A stretch of 62,253 nucleotides of DNA, the filler included. It is 12 parts of 12 records of this genome, joined end to end, with 100 filler letters (N's around TTAATTAATTAA, not from the genome) between each part and the next. Parts side by side here need not be neighbours in the genome. Positions count along the whole stretch, not along the records: positions 1 to 4,403 come from SRR7504441_6680; positions 4,504 to 9,785 come from SRR7504441_6685; 10 more parts are not named here. One strand, written 5' to 3'. Position numbers and translations under genes: made by a program. Each line of letters begins with the position of its first letter. Positions within the stretch are counted from its first letter, which is position 1. Of this stretch, positions 1-9,885 are shown one piece after another. Under the pieces are notes generated by a model. That model was not told where the DNA came from. It saw nothing but the letters and a program-made list of their open reading frames with translations, and searched no databases.

Positions 1-1779
1 GCGGGCGGCCGGCGGAGGCCACCTATGTGCTGCCTCCGGTGGAGCCAGAGGCCGAGTGGGACATCATCAAGGAGCTGGCGGCGGCAGCCAGCCAAACAGG
101 CCAGGAAGCGGGACAGACGGACTCGGCCTGGCCCGACCGCCCCCCGGCTGCGAGCATGTGCCTCCTCGAGCTGTGTGGGCCGGAGCCGGGCGGGCAGGGA
201 AATCAGCCGGTGGGTCGCACTGCAGGAGAAGCGCACGCTCACCTGCGCCGCAGTGGACCTGCAGACGAAAGCGGTCGCGACTGGCTGCAACCGCGCGGGC
301 AGCCTGCGGAGTCTGTTCGGGTTTGGCGCCGGCAGCCAAGAGGAGCGCGGCGAGCTGACGCTGCAGCGTTTGCGGGAGGGTGAGGGCGCCGCGATGTGGC
401 CCGGCCGACGGTGAATTACAGGCCAATGGAGCGAGCCGGAGCACGTATCACTGGGCCCAGAGATCGGTTGCGTGAGTGGTCCTTGAGGCTGATGTAGACT
501 GATGCCTGGGCTGGGTTGTCAGATGTGCTTCCTCGAAGGCGGAAACCTGGCGGTTGGCTGCTGCGACGGAAGCCTCAAGGTGTGGCGGCTGACGCAGGAC
601 CACCCTGCAGAGCTGCTGCTCGACAGCAGCATGCACGCATCCAAGGTGCCGACGAGCTAGTGGCTACAGTCCAGCATGGGCGCAGGTGGTGGAAATTGTA
701 TCCAGCGGACCTGGCAGCTTTGTCACGGCTGCAGAGGATACGAGGTGCCTCCTTCTACTGTGGTGCGCATGTGAGCGGCCTGCGGGGCAGCATCAAACTA
801 CTGGACCTCAGAGCAGCCTACTCGCACTACACCCTCGAGACGCTCAGCTGCCACGAGAGCTTTAAGCACTCGAGAGATACCAGGGTAAACAGCAGCACTG
901 GCGGGTGTCACTGCAGGCGAGCAGGTGACTGCGGTGGCGTTCAGCACCGAGCAGCGAGTGGCCTACGTGCGAGCCAATGCAGTTTTGGGAGCACTAAGGG
1001 CGCGACCTAGGTGTCTACGATGGCAGCGGTGCATGTGCTCCGTCAGTCTAGCGATTTGGGAGGGCCATTTAACCACTTAGGACGACACTGCGAGATCCAC
1101 TCAGGTCCGACATGTGCTGCTGCAATTAAGCGCTGGACAGGCTCAATTCGCAGTCTAGCACTCAACGAGATCAATTCCGTGCTGTTCACGGGGAGCTTTG
1201 ATATGTCGATTGGTGTGGTCTCTGTTGTTGATCCGGAGAAACCTGAACTCATGCACCGATTGCTTGGGCATTCTGCATCGATCACGCGGTATGCAATCAT
1301 GCTGGATGATGCGCTGACGATTTTACAATAGACTGAGTTATTGTATGTCGGCGAATTGCCTAGTGAGTGGGGACTCAAGAGGTAAGCTGTTGCTTTGGGA
1401 ACTCAAAAGCTGCTCAATATTACAGGCGTGTGTTGCCTAAGGGTTCATTCAGAACTGCCGTGCAGAGCGAGGTGAGTCACGCACCACACGAGATTCTGAG
1501 TTTGCACATGGATGGGTTGGCCAAGGTCGGTGCCGCTACTTGACACCTGGGCTCAGTAGGAGGACAGGTGGGTCTTAGCGCTGCATGCGACGGCTCCATC
1601 CAGGTGCCACAATCCAGCGCACTAGTCTGGTCGATGCCGTGATTACTGGCGGGTGGCAGCTGTGGTGTGTGGAACTGGCACCGCACTTGGAAGAAATTTC
1701 TCAGATGATGGGACATAGCGCCACGAAAGAGAATGAATACAATGGTGCGCATGCCGAGTCACCGAAAGATATTTTCTAA
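1..1779 (+). CDS. WD40-repeat protein, multi-exon, 5'-truncated
   Basis: WD-like segments in successive exons: LAVGCCDGSLKVWRL (~548-592), GSIKLLDLR, SIRSLAL..VLFTGSFDMSIGV..LLGHSASIT (1140-1290). Last exon ends ..SPKDIF* at 1779, followed by an AT-rich spacer. Confidence 0.75.
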
Positions 1780-2075
1780 ATAATTTTACATGATTGTACA
1801 ATACCATCAAGTTAGACTGATTGTTATTAACTAACTGACAAACTCAAGATTCAATTGATTGAACTAGTACATGATTGTACATGATTGTACGTACATGTAC
1901 AGAACTTGATTGATTGAGAAAGTGTTCGTGAGTGATGTCCTTAGGGTTACTTACAGTAGGGTATCCTTACATTCCTTAGGGGACGAGATTTTTATTCAAC
2001 AATTCATCACGATAGCTGTGACTGATCTCAAGTTCTGATTTGGGTTGTAGCGCGGCCTAAACATCTTACAAGTTG

Positions 2076-4368
2076 CTAGTTCTCCCCAAAAAGCACTTTG
2101 TAAGGGAATATCGACTGGTGTCCATCGTCCCAGATCACTTCGACAGCGTAATTGCCTAAACATACACTGAAAGCCAAGCATAGGCTGCACCTACCCATTG
2201 GCTTGACCGAGACTGGCTTGATGCCTTCCGGGATATCCTCAGGTTGTACTCGTTGTACGTTTGTCATCTCGTCCACACAAAGAGCACACTGCAGATCGCA
2301 GCTCAGCCATGTAATCATCGTAAAGGCGAGACCTTGCAGAGCAGCCGGAGTGGTTTGGATGTCAGTCGGAGTTCTTGCTGCTCTGGTCGTTGGGCCACAA
2401 TTTGGCTACTCGAGGGGCAGATGGATACGTTCGGAAGGATGTTTCCCTCAGCAGCTAGTCGCTGCACCTGTTGGGCACAATGGGCTGTCTGTTGAAAGCA
2501 GAAAGCACCTCACTGTCGAGTGCTGTGCCGAGCTCCCTAAACGTCTCGGCAACCTGCGATCCGGTTCGATGCAAACTCAAAGCCAGCCGTGTCACAGGGT
2601 GCGTTGTGTCTTGTGAAGCCATCGGCGCACCAACGTCTCCGTATAGCGAGAGCAAAGGCTCGATGGGCAGCGTACAACTATAGGGGAATCCATACCTACA
2701 ACAAGGCTGGCTACTGTCTAGCCTTGCCAAGCCACTGTGAAACTAGTGCTGCGCCGCTGCCACGTCCAAATGGATAATACCTAAGAGAGCCTTAGACCCA
2801 GCCCCCCGCTTTCTACCTTGTGCCAAGATCGCAATCGAAATGGGCCATGTTCTCAACAACTGCCACTGAGGGCACCTGACTCAAGCTCAGCTTAGGAGGG
2901 CGGCATGCAGCCTGTAGCTTTTGAAACATTGCGACGCCCTTGACAACATCCACCTACCTCCAGCCGCTCACCCTCGCAGTCAGATGCAGAGGCACGAGTG
3001 AGATCTGCTGAGGAGTTGTGACCACAACTGCCACAGCACGTCAGCTGGAAGCTAAGGGGGGTCACCCGATGCAGTCAGTGAAACTGTCTGGCAAAGCGAG
3101 AGCTGGATGTCACCAGTGCCGGGCGGCAAGTCCAACACCTATCAGTGACTGAGCGGGGGACAGCTGGCAACCTACCAGGTAGTCCAACTGCCCCCACGCG
3201 GTCTGCCTCACAAGTTGGCTCACAATGCTCCCAACCATTGGCCCTCGCATGATTGCAGCGCTAGCCTGGCTCGCTGGTGAGCGCGCCTCAGCGGTAATAT
3301 AGCGCAGACCTTTGCAAACCCGTGAGACATGAGCTTCAGCTGCCCGTCGCGGCTGGTATATGCTTCAATCATATTTTCACCCTGCTGCCTGGCTCACGCC
3401 ACGCTGCGACGAGCCGCAGCAGGCCACCTCAGCTGATGCATGGAGTCCCTGACCGGCTGGGATGCCCGTCATTGTTGGCATTGACGGGCCATAGACATCA
3501 GCATCAAACACGCCGACTCGCTTGCCCAGCTGGCTTAGGGCAACAGCTAGGTTCATAGCGATTGTGGACTTGCCCACTCCACCCTGCACAAAGTTGGCCG
3601 GTGCATGCAGTAGCGAAGGCCACCTTACAGCTGGACACTGCTACGATGTGCTGCACATGGGCCAGCCCGTCGGCCTGCGGCTGCCAGCGGTCAATCGCGG
3701 CCCTGCTGAACGATCTTGCCTTATCCTTGTCCGCGGATGGTTTTCGCTCGCGCTTTGTGTGCGCCGGCAGCACTTCCACCTCAACCCGGGCTATTCCTCC
3801 AGCCAGGCTCGACAGCACCTTAACTTGCTCTACCCAGGGCACAGACAGGGCCGCCTCCGTGCATTTCTGCTTGAGTTCCTGCCCTGACTGCGTGGCCCAG
3901 ACGGGCGGCCCACACCTCCGCGGGCGGGTGGCCGTCGCCCACGCCGCCCTGCAGTGGCTGCAGCCGGAAGCCTACCATTCCTGGGCCAGTTCAGTGTTCG
4001 GAACGCTGGGCCCTTACCAGAGTCCACGTCGGCTGAACTGGACGCCCCCACGGTCAGGCGCAGTGGCAGGGGCCGGGGGCACAACTGCTTGACGATCCCA
4101 CGGCCGACCAGATCTTCCCCAGGCAGCACCGCCCGCAGCTTATCTAGCACCTGCCCAGGCGCTCGCCCGCCCAACCCCGACGATCGGGTGCCAGGTTCTC
4201 CGCACGCACCCTCGCCAGTCTAGAGGTGCTGTGCCCACCCTCATCCCGCCGCACCGCAGAGCCGCACCGGCCGCCTGACGGTGGGGCTTGAGTGCTGCGA
4301 CACATCTGGGCCACGAAGAGGGCACCGCGTCGTCGTCCAAGCGCCGCGTGCATAGCTCGAGCGAGCAT
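2076..4368 (-). CDS. HCF101: HCF101-type Fe-S cluster scaffold (DUF59 + Mrp/NBP35 P-loop ATPase + DUF971), probably mitochondrion-targeted; many short introns
   Basis: Spliced motifs: [59 protein letters not shown]-terminal [32 protein letters not shown] (DUF971). N-terminal DUF59-like [22 protein letters not shown]. Arg-rich, acid-free leader [16 protein letters not shown]. Start codon is inferred. Confidence 0.85.
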
Positions 4369-4403
4369 ACCTCACCGGCGCGTGGCGCGTCTGACCTCAC
4401 CGG

Positions 4404-4503
4404 NNNNNNNNNNNNNNNNNNNNNNNNNNNNNNNNNNNNNNNNNNNNTTAATTAATTAANNNNNNNNNNNNNNNNNNNNNNNNNNNNNNNNNNNNNNNNN
4501 NNN
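4404..4503. other. Artificial contig-joining linker
   Basis: N44-TTAATTAATTAA-N44 (stops in all six frames), identical at 11 positions. Confidence 0.97.
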
Positions 4504-4505
4504 CA

Positions 4506-5549
4506 ATCCAGTTCTGCAACCCAGAAGGCACAAGGTGCAGATCCACCGTCCTGCCCACGTACCGCCTACCGCGCTCTGAAACGGAGACTGAGATCAGGGA
4601 AGAGCTTGCCGCGACGTGCGGGTGTCATGACCCGAACCCTGCCCTGTGCTTCCCCTGGAGAACATCGACTTACCGCCGTAAGCCAGCCTACGGAGACCAA
4701 TTGTGCGATACGCTCTACAACGTAACCACGCAGAGGTACGCGTGGGAAGTCTACGCGACTGCGAACAATCTTTCGTTCCTCGCGGCGCCCGACTTTCTGG
4801 CGGCCGCCAACGTGACAAAGGCTGAGATTGCTTCTCTGTGGATGCAAGGATTAATGTATATGGACACCCCTGACCCTTCGAATCTGAGTCGAAGATACCC
4901 CGAATTCGATATCCCGCACATGCTCGGCGAGGACCCTGCCCAGCTAGGGCCACTCCCAGAGACATACTCGACAGTGCTACGACAGATTGGCAGCGGTGTC
5001 GGCGCGCTACGCGAGATGCCGCAGCCACAGAAGGATATCCTCCGACGAAGTAGAGGGAACACAGGCCCGAATGCAAGGGATCACCTCCTCCAGCACTGCC
5101 CGCCGTCGATCTGTTCGGGAGCCGCGGCGCGCCGAGACTGGTTCGCAATGTTCCGAGGAGCGAGCGCCGGTGCCGGGGAAGAGCACCCAGTCTTGCCCTT
5201 TTGCTCGAGTCGAAATAGGACGTCGCCAGCGCTCTACCTGAGCAACAACATTGAGTCTTTTAGTACAGACAAGGCCACCGCCGTAAAGTACGCGGGGAAC
5301 GGCTCCCTCCTGGTGGTCTTTGGCTCTTCCCAAGGGCCTCAGCCCTTCTCTGGAGAGTTTGAGTTCCTCCTGGCTCCCGGTGCACGGGTGAAGCAGATCG
5401 AGTGCGATGTGGTAGACATGGCTGAGGGGAAGCTACACGTGAGTTACGGGGTCGAACAGACGGGAGACGCCGCGGTCGACCGCTGGCTCACGGCCGAGAA
5501 AGAGGAGTCGCTGCTGGCCGAGATGAAAGCCCTCTTGTCATTGTCATGA
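4506..5549 (+). CDS. Protein with C-terminal ADP-ribosyltransferase-like (R-S-ExE) domain, 5'-truncated
   Basis: Frame is open from the contig edge to TGA 5549. Ordered motifs MFRG, ESFSTDKATAVKY and GEFEFLLAPG match the ARTC/Vip2-type pattern. Confidence 0.55.
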   Translation: MQFCNPEGTRCRSTVLPTYRLPRSETETEIREELAATCGCHDPNPALCFPWRTSTYRRKPAYGDQLCDTLYNVTTQRYAWEVYATANNLSFLAAPDFLAAANVTKAEIASLWMQGLMYMDTPDPSNLSRRYPEFDIPHMLGEDPAQLGPLPETYSTVLRQIGSGVGALREMPQPQKDILRRSRGNTGPNARDHLLQHCPPSICSGAAARRDWFAMFRGASAGAGEEHPVLPFCSSRNRTSPALYLSNNIESFSTDKATAVKYAGNGSLLVVFGSSQGPQPFSGEFEFLLAPGARVKQIECDVVDMAEGKLHVSYGVEQTGDAAVDRWLTAEKEESLLAEMKALLSLS

Positions 5550-5708
5550 TTTGTCGTTTGTGACATTAATTATACATTACTTGCAAGTGCTACCGGTAGG
5601 CTCGAGAACGCGAGTGAGGAAAAATACTAGCAAAATACACAATCATGTATAAATACAGGTAAGACAAACACGCGTGTCAGATTGATCACCTTTTATATGA
5701 TTCCCGGG

Positions 5709-7544
5709 CTAGCCCTCCCTGGCATGCCGCCGGATCCTTCGGAAAAGCCCGTCCGGCCTCGCGTCGAGCTCATGCAGGGTACCGACTTCGGCTATTCGGC
5801 CGTTATGCATCACAGCGATGCGATCGGCGGCTTGGATTGTGGACATTCGGTGCGCGATCACGACCACCGTCCGCCCTCGCATCAGCCGGCCCAGCGCCTG
5901 CTGCACCAGCCGCTCACTCGCTGAATCGAGTGCCGAAGTCGCTTCATCGAGCACCAGCACCGACGGGTCCTTGAGCAATGCCCTGGCAATCGCTATCCGT
6001 TGCTTCTGCCCGCCCGACAAGGCGAGCCCTCGCTCGCCCACCTGCGTCTCGTACCCGTCAGGAAGCTCGTCGATAAAGTCGGCCGCGTTAGCTGAGGTCG
6101 CTGCCTGCTGGATTGCCTCGTGGCTTGCGGTAGGCTGGCTATAGCTGATATTCTCCGCTATGCTCCCACTGAACAGCACCGGCTCTTGACTGACTAGTCC
6201 GACCACAGAGCCGCGCAGCCACTCAAGCTCGAGCTCCTGGATCTCGACCCCATCTAGAGCTATCGATCCGCTGTCTAGAGGATACAGCCCCAGCAGCAGC
6301 GCCCCCAGCGTGGACTTGCCGCTGCCGCTCGCACCCACCACCGCCGTCACCAGCCCAGCAGGCACCGCCAGCGAGAGGCCTTTGAGCACAGGGGCATCCG
6401 GTCGGGTTGGGTAGGTGAAGTGCACATCGTTAAAGCAAATCTCGCCGTTGACGTTGTCGAGGCTGCGCTTGCTGCCGGGGGGTGGGAGGGCAGGCTGGGT
6501 GTCGAGCAGTTGAAACAGTCGCGAGCTGGCCCCGAGGCCTTTCATCATCTCGGACTGGAAGCTGGCCAGGCCAGTGATTGAAGTCCCAACGTAGAGCGTG
6601 TACAACATGAAGGCAGTCAACTCGCCCACTGTGATCGCCCCAGCGTCTAGCAGATGTCCTCCGTGCCACAGCACGGCAAGCATTGCGCTGTTGCCCGCGA
6701 GACCTACTGAGCCAAAGAAGACGGCTCGTGCCCGGGCTTCCCTGAGGGAAATGTCATAGACGGCTTCCACTCTCTCAGCATAGCGCTCCACCTCCGGCTC
6801 CTCCATCGCAAAGGCCCTCACCGTCCGGATATTCCCGATGCGCTGCTCCGCCTGCGCCGTTGAGGCGGCGAGTGCGTCCTGCGTCTCACCGCTGATTCTC
6901 TTCATCATTCGGGAATAAAACACCCCTCCGATCGCAATTGGAGGCACCACAGTCAGCACGGTCCCCGTCAGCGCTGGGGACATAAACGTCATCATCCCCC
7001 CAGCGGCCAGCCCCTGCGCCGCGCTGCGCAGCCCCGAGCTTATGTTGTCTGCAAGCGCCCGGCCGACAACCACAGTATCGCTCGAGAGCCGATTAACCAA
7101 CTCGCCGGACGACCGCCGGTCAAATGCTGAGAGCTCCATCCGCATGATAGCCCCGAACGCCTGCCGCCGGAGGCTGGCCACCAGCCGCTGCGACGTCCGC
7201 TCCATCAACATCACCCGACCGGCGTTGGCCAGGGCGCCCAGTACGAAAAGCCCTCCAAGCGCCAGGCTCACGGGCCGGAGACGGTCAGTCACGCCCTGCT
7301 GGCCTGAGGACTTGTCCAGCGTGGTGTCGATCACCCGACCGAAGCCGAAAGGCACCGCCAGCGTCACCCCAGAAGACACGGCCAGCAGACCCACTGCCAG
7401 CCCAATCGAGCCGCGTTCCGGCCGGGCCAGTCGGACCAGCCGGGCCAGCTCGCCCGACCGCCCGGTGCACATCTGCCGCCCGCTGCACCGTCGGGCAGCC
7501 AGTGCCCCAGCGGGTTTGACGCACCGCCGGTGCAGGCCCAGCAT
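5709..7544 (-). CDS. ABCB10: Mitochondrial ABC half-transporter, ABCB10/MDL1-like, intronless
   Basis: TM domain followed by Walker A GASGSGKST, LSGGQKQRIAIARA, VLDEATSALD, IAHR. Arg-rich leader MLGLHRRCVK from ATG 7544. Confidence 0.9.
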   Translation of the reverse strand: MLGLHRRCVKPAGALAARRCSGRQMCTGRSGELARLVRLARPERGSIGLAVGLLAVSSGVTLAVPFGFGRVIDTTLDKSSGQQGVTDRLRPVSLALGGLFVLGALANAGRVMLMERTSQRLVASLRRQAFGAIMRMELSAFDRRSSGELVNRLSSDTVVVGRALADNISSGLRSAAQGLAAGGMMTFMSPALTGTVLTVVPPIAIGGVFYSRMMKRISGETQDALAASTAQAEQRIGNIRTVRAFAMEEPEVERYAERVEAVYDISLREARARAVFFGSVGLAGNSAMLAVLWHGGHLLDAGAITVGELTAFMLYTLYVGTSITGLASFQSEMMKGLGASSRLFQLLDTQPALPPPGSKRSLDNVNGEICFNDVHFTYPTRPDAPVLKGLSLAVPAGLVTAVVGASGSGKSTLGALLLGLYPLDSGSIALDGVEIQELELEWLRGSVVGLVSQEPVLFSGSIAENISYSQPTASHEAIQQAATSANAADFIDELPDGYETQVGERGLALSGGQKQRIAIARALLKDPSVLVLDEATSALDSASERLVQQALGRLMRGRTVVVIAHRMSTIQAADRIAVMHNGRIAEVGTLHELDARPDGLFRRIRRHAREG

Positions 7545-7583
7545 CGCGTTTGCCTGCACTTTTGCCGTTACTGCACCGAAGCC

Positions 7584-9020
7584 ATGGAGCTACTGTTTGG
7601 ACGGGGCGAGCTGTCGGTGCCGTTGCCCAGCGAGGCCCGGGCCCACCTGGTGCGCAAGCCAGCCATACCGGTGCTCCCAGACCCGCCGGGGGCCGTCGGC
7701 CGGGCTCTGGAGCCGCTGGTGCCGTTGGCCCGGGGCAGCCAGACCGCGTGCGTGCTGATCTGCGACATCACTCGGCCGGTACCGAACGGGCTGCTACTGC
7801 CTCGGATCATGGAGGCGCTCGAGGCGGCCGGGGTGCCGATGAGCGGGGTGACCGTGCTGGTGGCCACCGGGCTGCATAGACCCAACCTGGGGCCCGAGCT
7901 GGCGGAGCTGATCAGTCAGGGCAGCCAGGTGGGGTATGCGCTGCCGGAGGGGGTGCGGGCGTGCAACCACTACGCCCGGCGGGAGGAGGAGCACACCAGG
8001 CTGGGCATAACCTCGCGCGGGACGACTGTCAGTCTGGACAGCCGGTTTGTCGATGCCGACCTCAAGCTCGTCACCGGCCTGGTCGAGCCGCACTTTATGG
8101 CAGGATGGAGCGGCGGGCGCAAGGCGCGTCACCGCAGGCCTTGGCGCGTGACTCTGTCGGCAGGTGATATCGCCCGGGATTGCGTCGGCCGAGACGATTA
8201 CGAGCTTCCACTCTGCAAAGTTCATGGAGCACCCTGTGAGATCCTCGCTGAGCAGGATTATTAACCCGGGCCAGGCGGCCCGCGAGTGTAACTTGGCCGG
8301 GAATCTGTTGCACTTGGATCAACTCGAGATCGTCCAGATGCTCGATGGACCAGTGCTCGGGCTGTCTGTGGTGCTAGATGAAGAAAGAAGGCTGTGCTTT
8401 TGCGGATTCGGGGATGTGCAGGACTCGCACGCGCAGGCTGTAGATTTCGTGCAGCAATACGCGATTGTGCCTGTCCCCCGGCGTTACGGCACAGTGGTCA
8501 GCTCGGCTGCCGGTTATCCGCTTGATCAGACCTACTACCAGACCATCAAAGCGATGGTAACAGCTCTAGACGCTGTGAGACCTGGCGGAACTGTGATTGT
8601 AGCTGCCGAGATCGGAGAGGGTTTCGGCAGCGACGAGTTCCGGGAGGCCCAGCGACGATTGGTGCAGCAGGGTCCGGAGGCGTTTCTGCAGGGGCTGCTG
8701 GGCAAGGAACATGCAGCTGTGGATGAATGGCAGACAGAGATGCTAGTGAGAGCGCTACGGCGTTGCACGGTCCAGTTGTACTCGCCCAAGATGCTGGCGC
8801 GGCCGGAGGACGTGGCCGACGCCGGGGTAGTGCGGTGTGCTGAGGGTTGGCGAGGCTGGGTAGGTGGAAGTGGTGAATGACTTGCATGATGCAGTTGCGG
8901 CCAGCATCGCGAGGATGGGCGATTCGGAGGTGGCAGTCATCCCTGAGGTGCTTGGGCTGGCTGGCGAGGGTTGATTGCCAGCTGCAGGGCCCGTACGTCA
9001 TCCCCAAGGGGCCGGCATAA
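7584..9020 (+). CDS. larA: Nickel-pincer-dependent lactate racemase family protein (LarA), 4 introns
   Basis: DITRP, ATGLHR, VEPHFMAGWSGGRK|VISPG, GYPLDQTYYQTIK, DEWQ, VAVIPE|GPYVIP. Introns at 8124-8163 (GC-AG) and 8236-8274, plus two near the 3' end. Stop TAA 9020. Confidence 0.9.
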
Positions 9021-9160
9021 GCCATCGAGGGCATAATTAGGTATCCGTACTTAAATAGTGGTGTAACGTATCTTGTTCTGTTAGACGGCATCCGATGCGG
9101 CTATCGTTCGTTGCAATTGGTTTCTCAATAAAAATGATAACATAAGGGAGCCATTCCCCG

Positions 9161-9785
9161 CTAGCTATTAGCTGGCTCGTAATTCACCGCCGCAGCTGTC
9201 CCAATGAGGGAAATGCGGTAACACGTAACCAAACCCATCCAATTGCGGCGAATCGGGTAACTTACCTTCCTCATGGGGGAAAAGCCGGTAACCTCCTTCC
9301 TTTTCAAGGAACTTTTTTGCGGTTTGTTACGTAACAAGCTGCGCGTTGACACAGCAACCATGCCGCCCACCAAGATGGCTCGGATTGAGGTGCTCGCCAG
9401 CGCAATCGGGGACCTGATGCCGCGCTGACCTCTTGGACTGGCAAGGTTTACGTCGCTCTCTTCATCGGACTCATCACCCTGCTCGCGTCCGCGTCATCCG
9501 AGTCTTGGCTCGCCGACACCGTGCTTCCCGAGCTTCCAGCCTACGGCGTAGACCCTGAGGTGCGCCGTGAGTCGGCCAGTAGGTCTCCGCCTGTTCCTGG
9601 CCAGCCTGCACTGTCCTCGAGTCGCCATGCCTGGCCCTCGTTGATGCGGATGAATGAGCTCGGAACGCTTGCTGCCGCAGGGCGACGACCAGCCCCTCAA
9701 GGCCTGTGCCCCCGGAGTCTGCGCATCGCGGACAAAGAGGCGCCTGCTTGGCAGAGGCTTGAAGTGCTTCTGCCACCCGGGGAAG
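9161..9785 (-). other. Unassigned coding-like or degenerate fragment at contig end
   Basis: GC-rich ORF pieces on the minus strand (including an acidic GDESDEESD tract) that I could not splice into a recognisable protein. Confidence 0.25.
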
Positions 9786-9885
9786 NNNNNNNNNNNNNNN
9801 NNNNNNNNNNNNNNNNNNNNNNNNNNNNNTTAATTAATTAANNNNNNNNNNNNNNNNNNNNNNNNNNNNNNNNNNNNNNNNNNNN
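9786..9885. other. Artificial contig-joining linker
   Basis: N44-TTAATTAATTAA-N44. Confidence 0.97.

Noticed and set aside
1955-1985. TTAGGG-like words as an internal telomere
   Set aside because: Only two or three isolated hexamers, not a tandem array
2076-9020. HCF101 + ABC transporter + LarA as a metal-cofactor gene cluster
   Set aside because: HCF101 is on a different contig across the 4404-4503 linker, so the adjacency is artificial
5709-9020. Bacterial contamination or operon, given gene density and bacterial-type enzymes
   Set aside because: larA has spliceosomal introns, the ABC transporter has a mitochondrial-type leader, and neighbours are divergent rather than co-oriented
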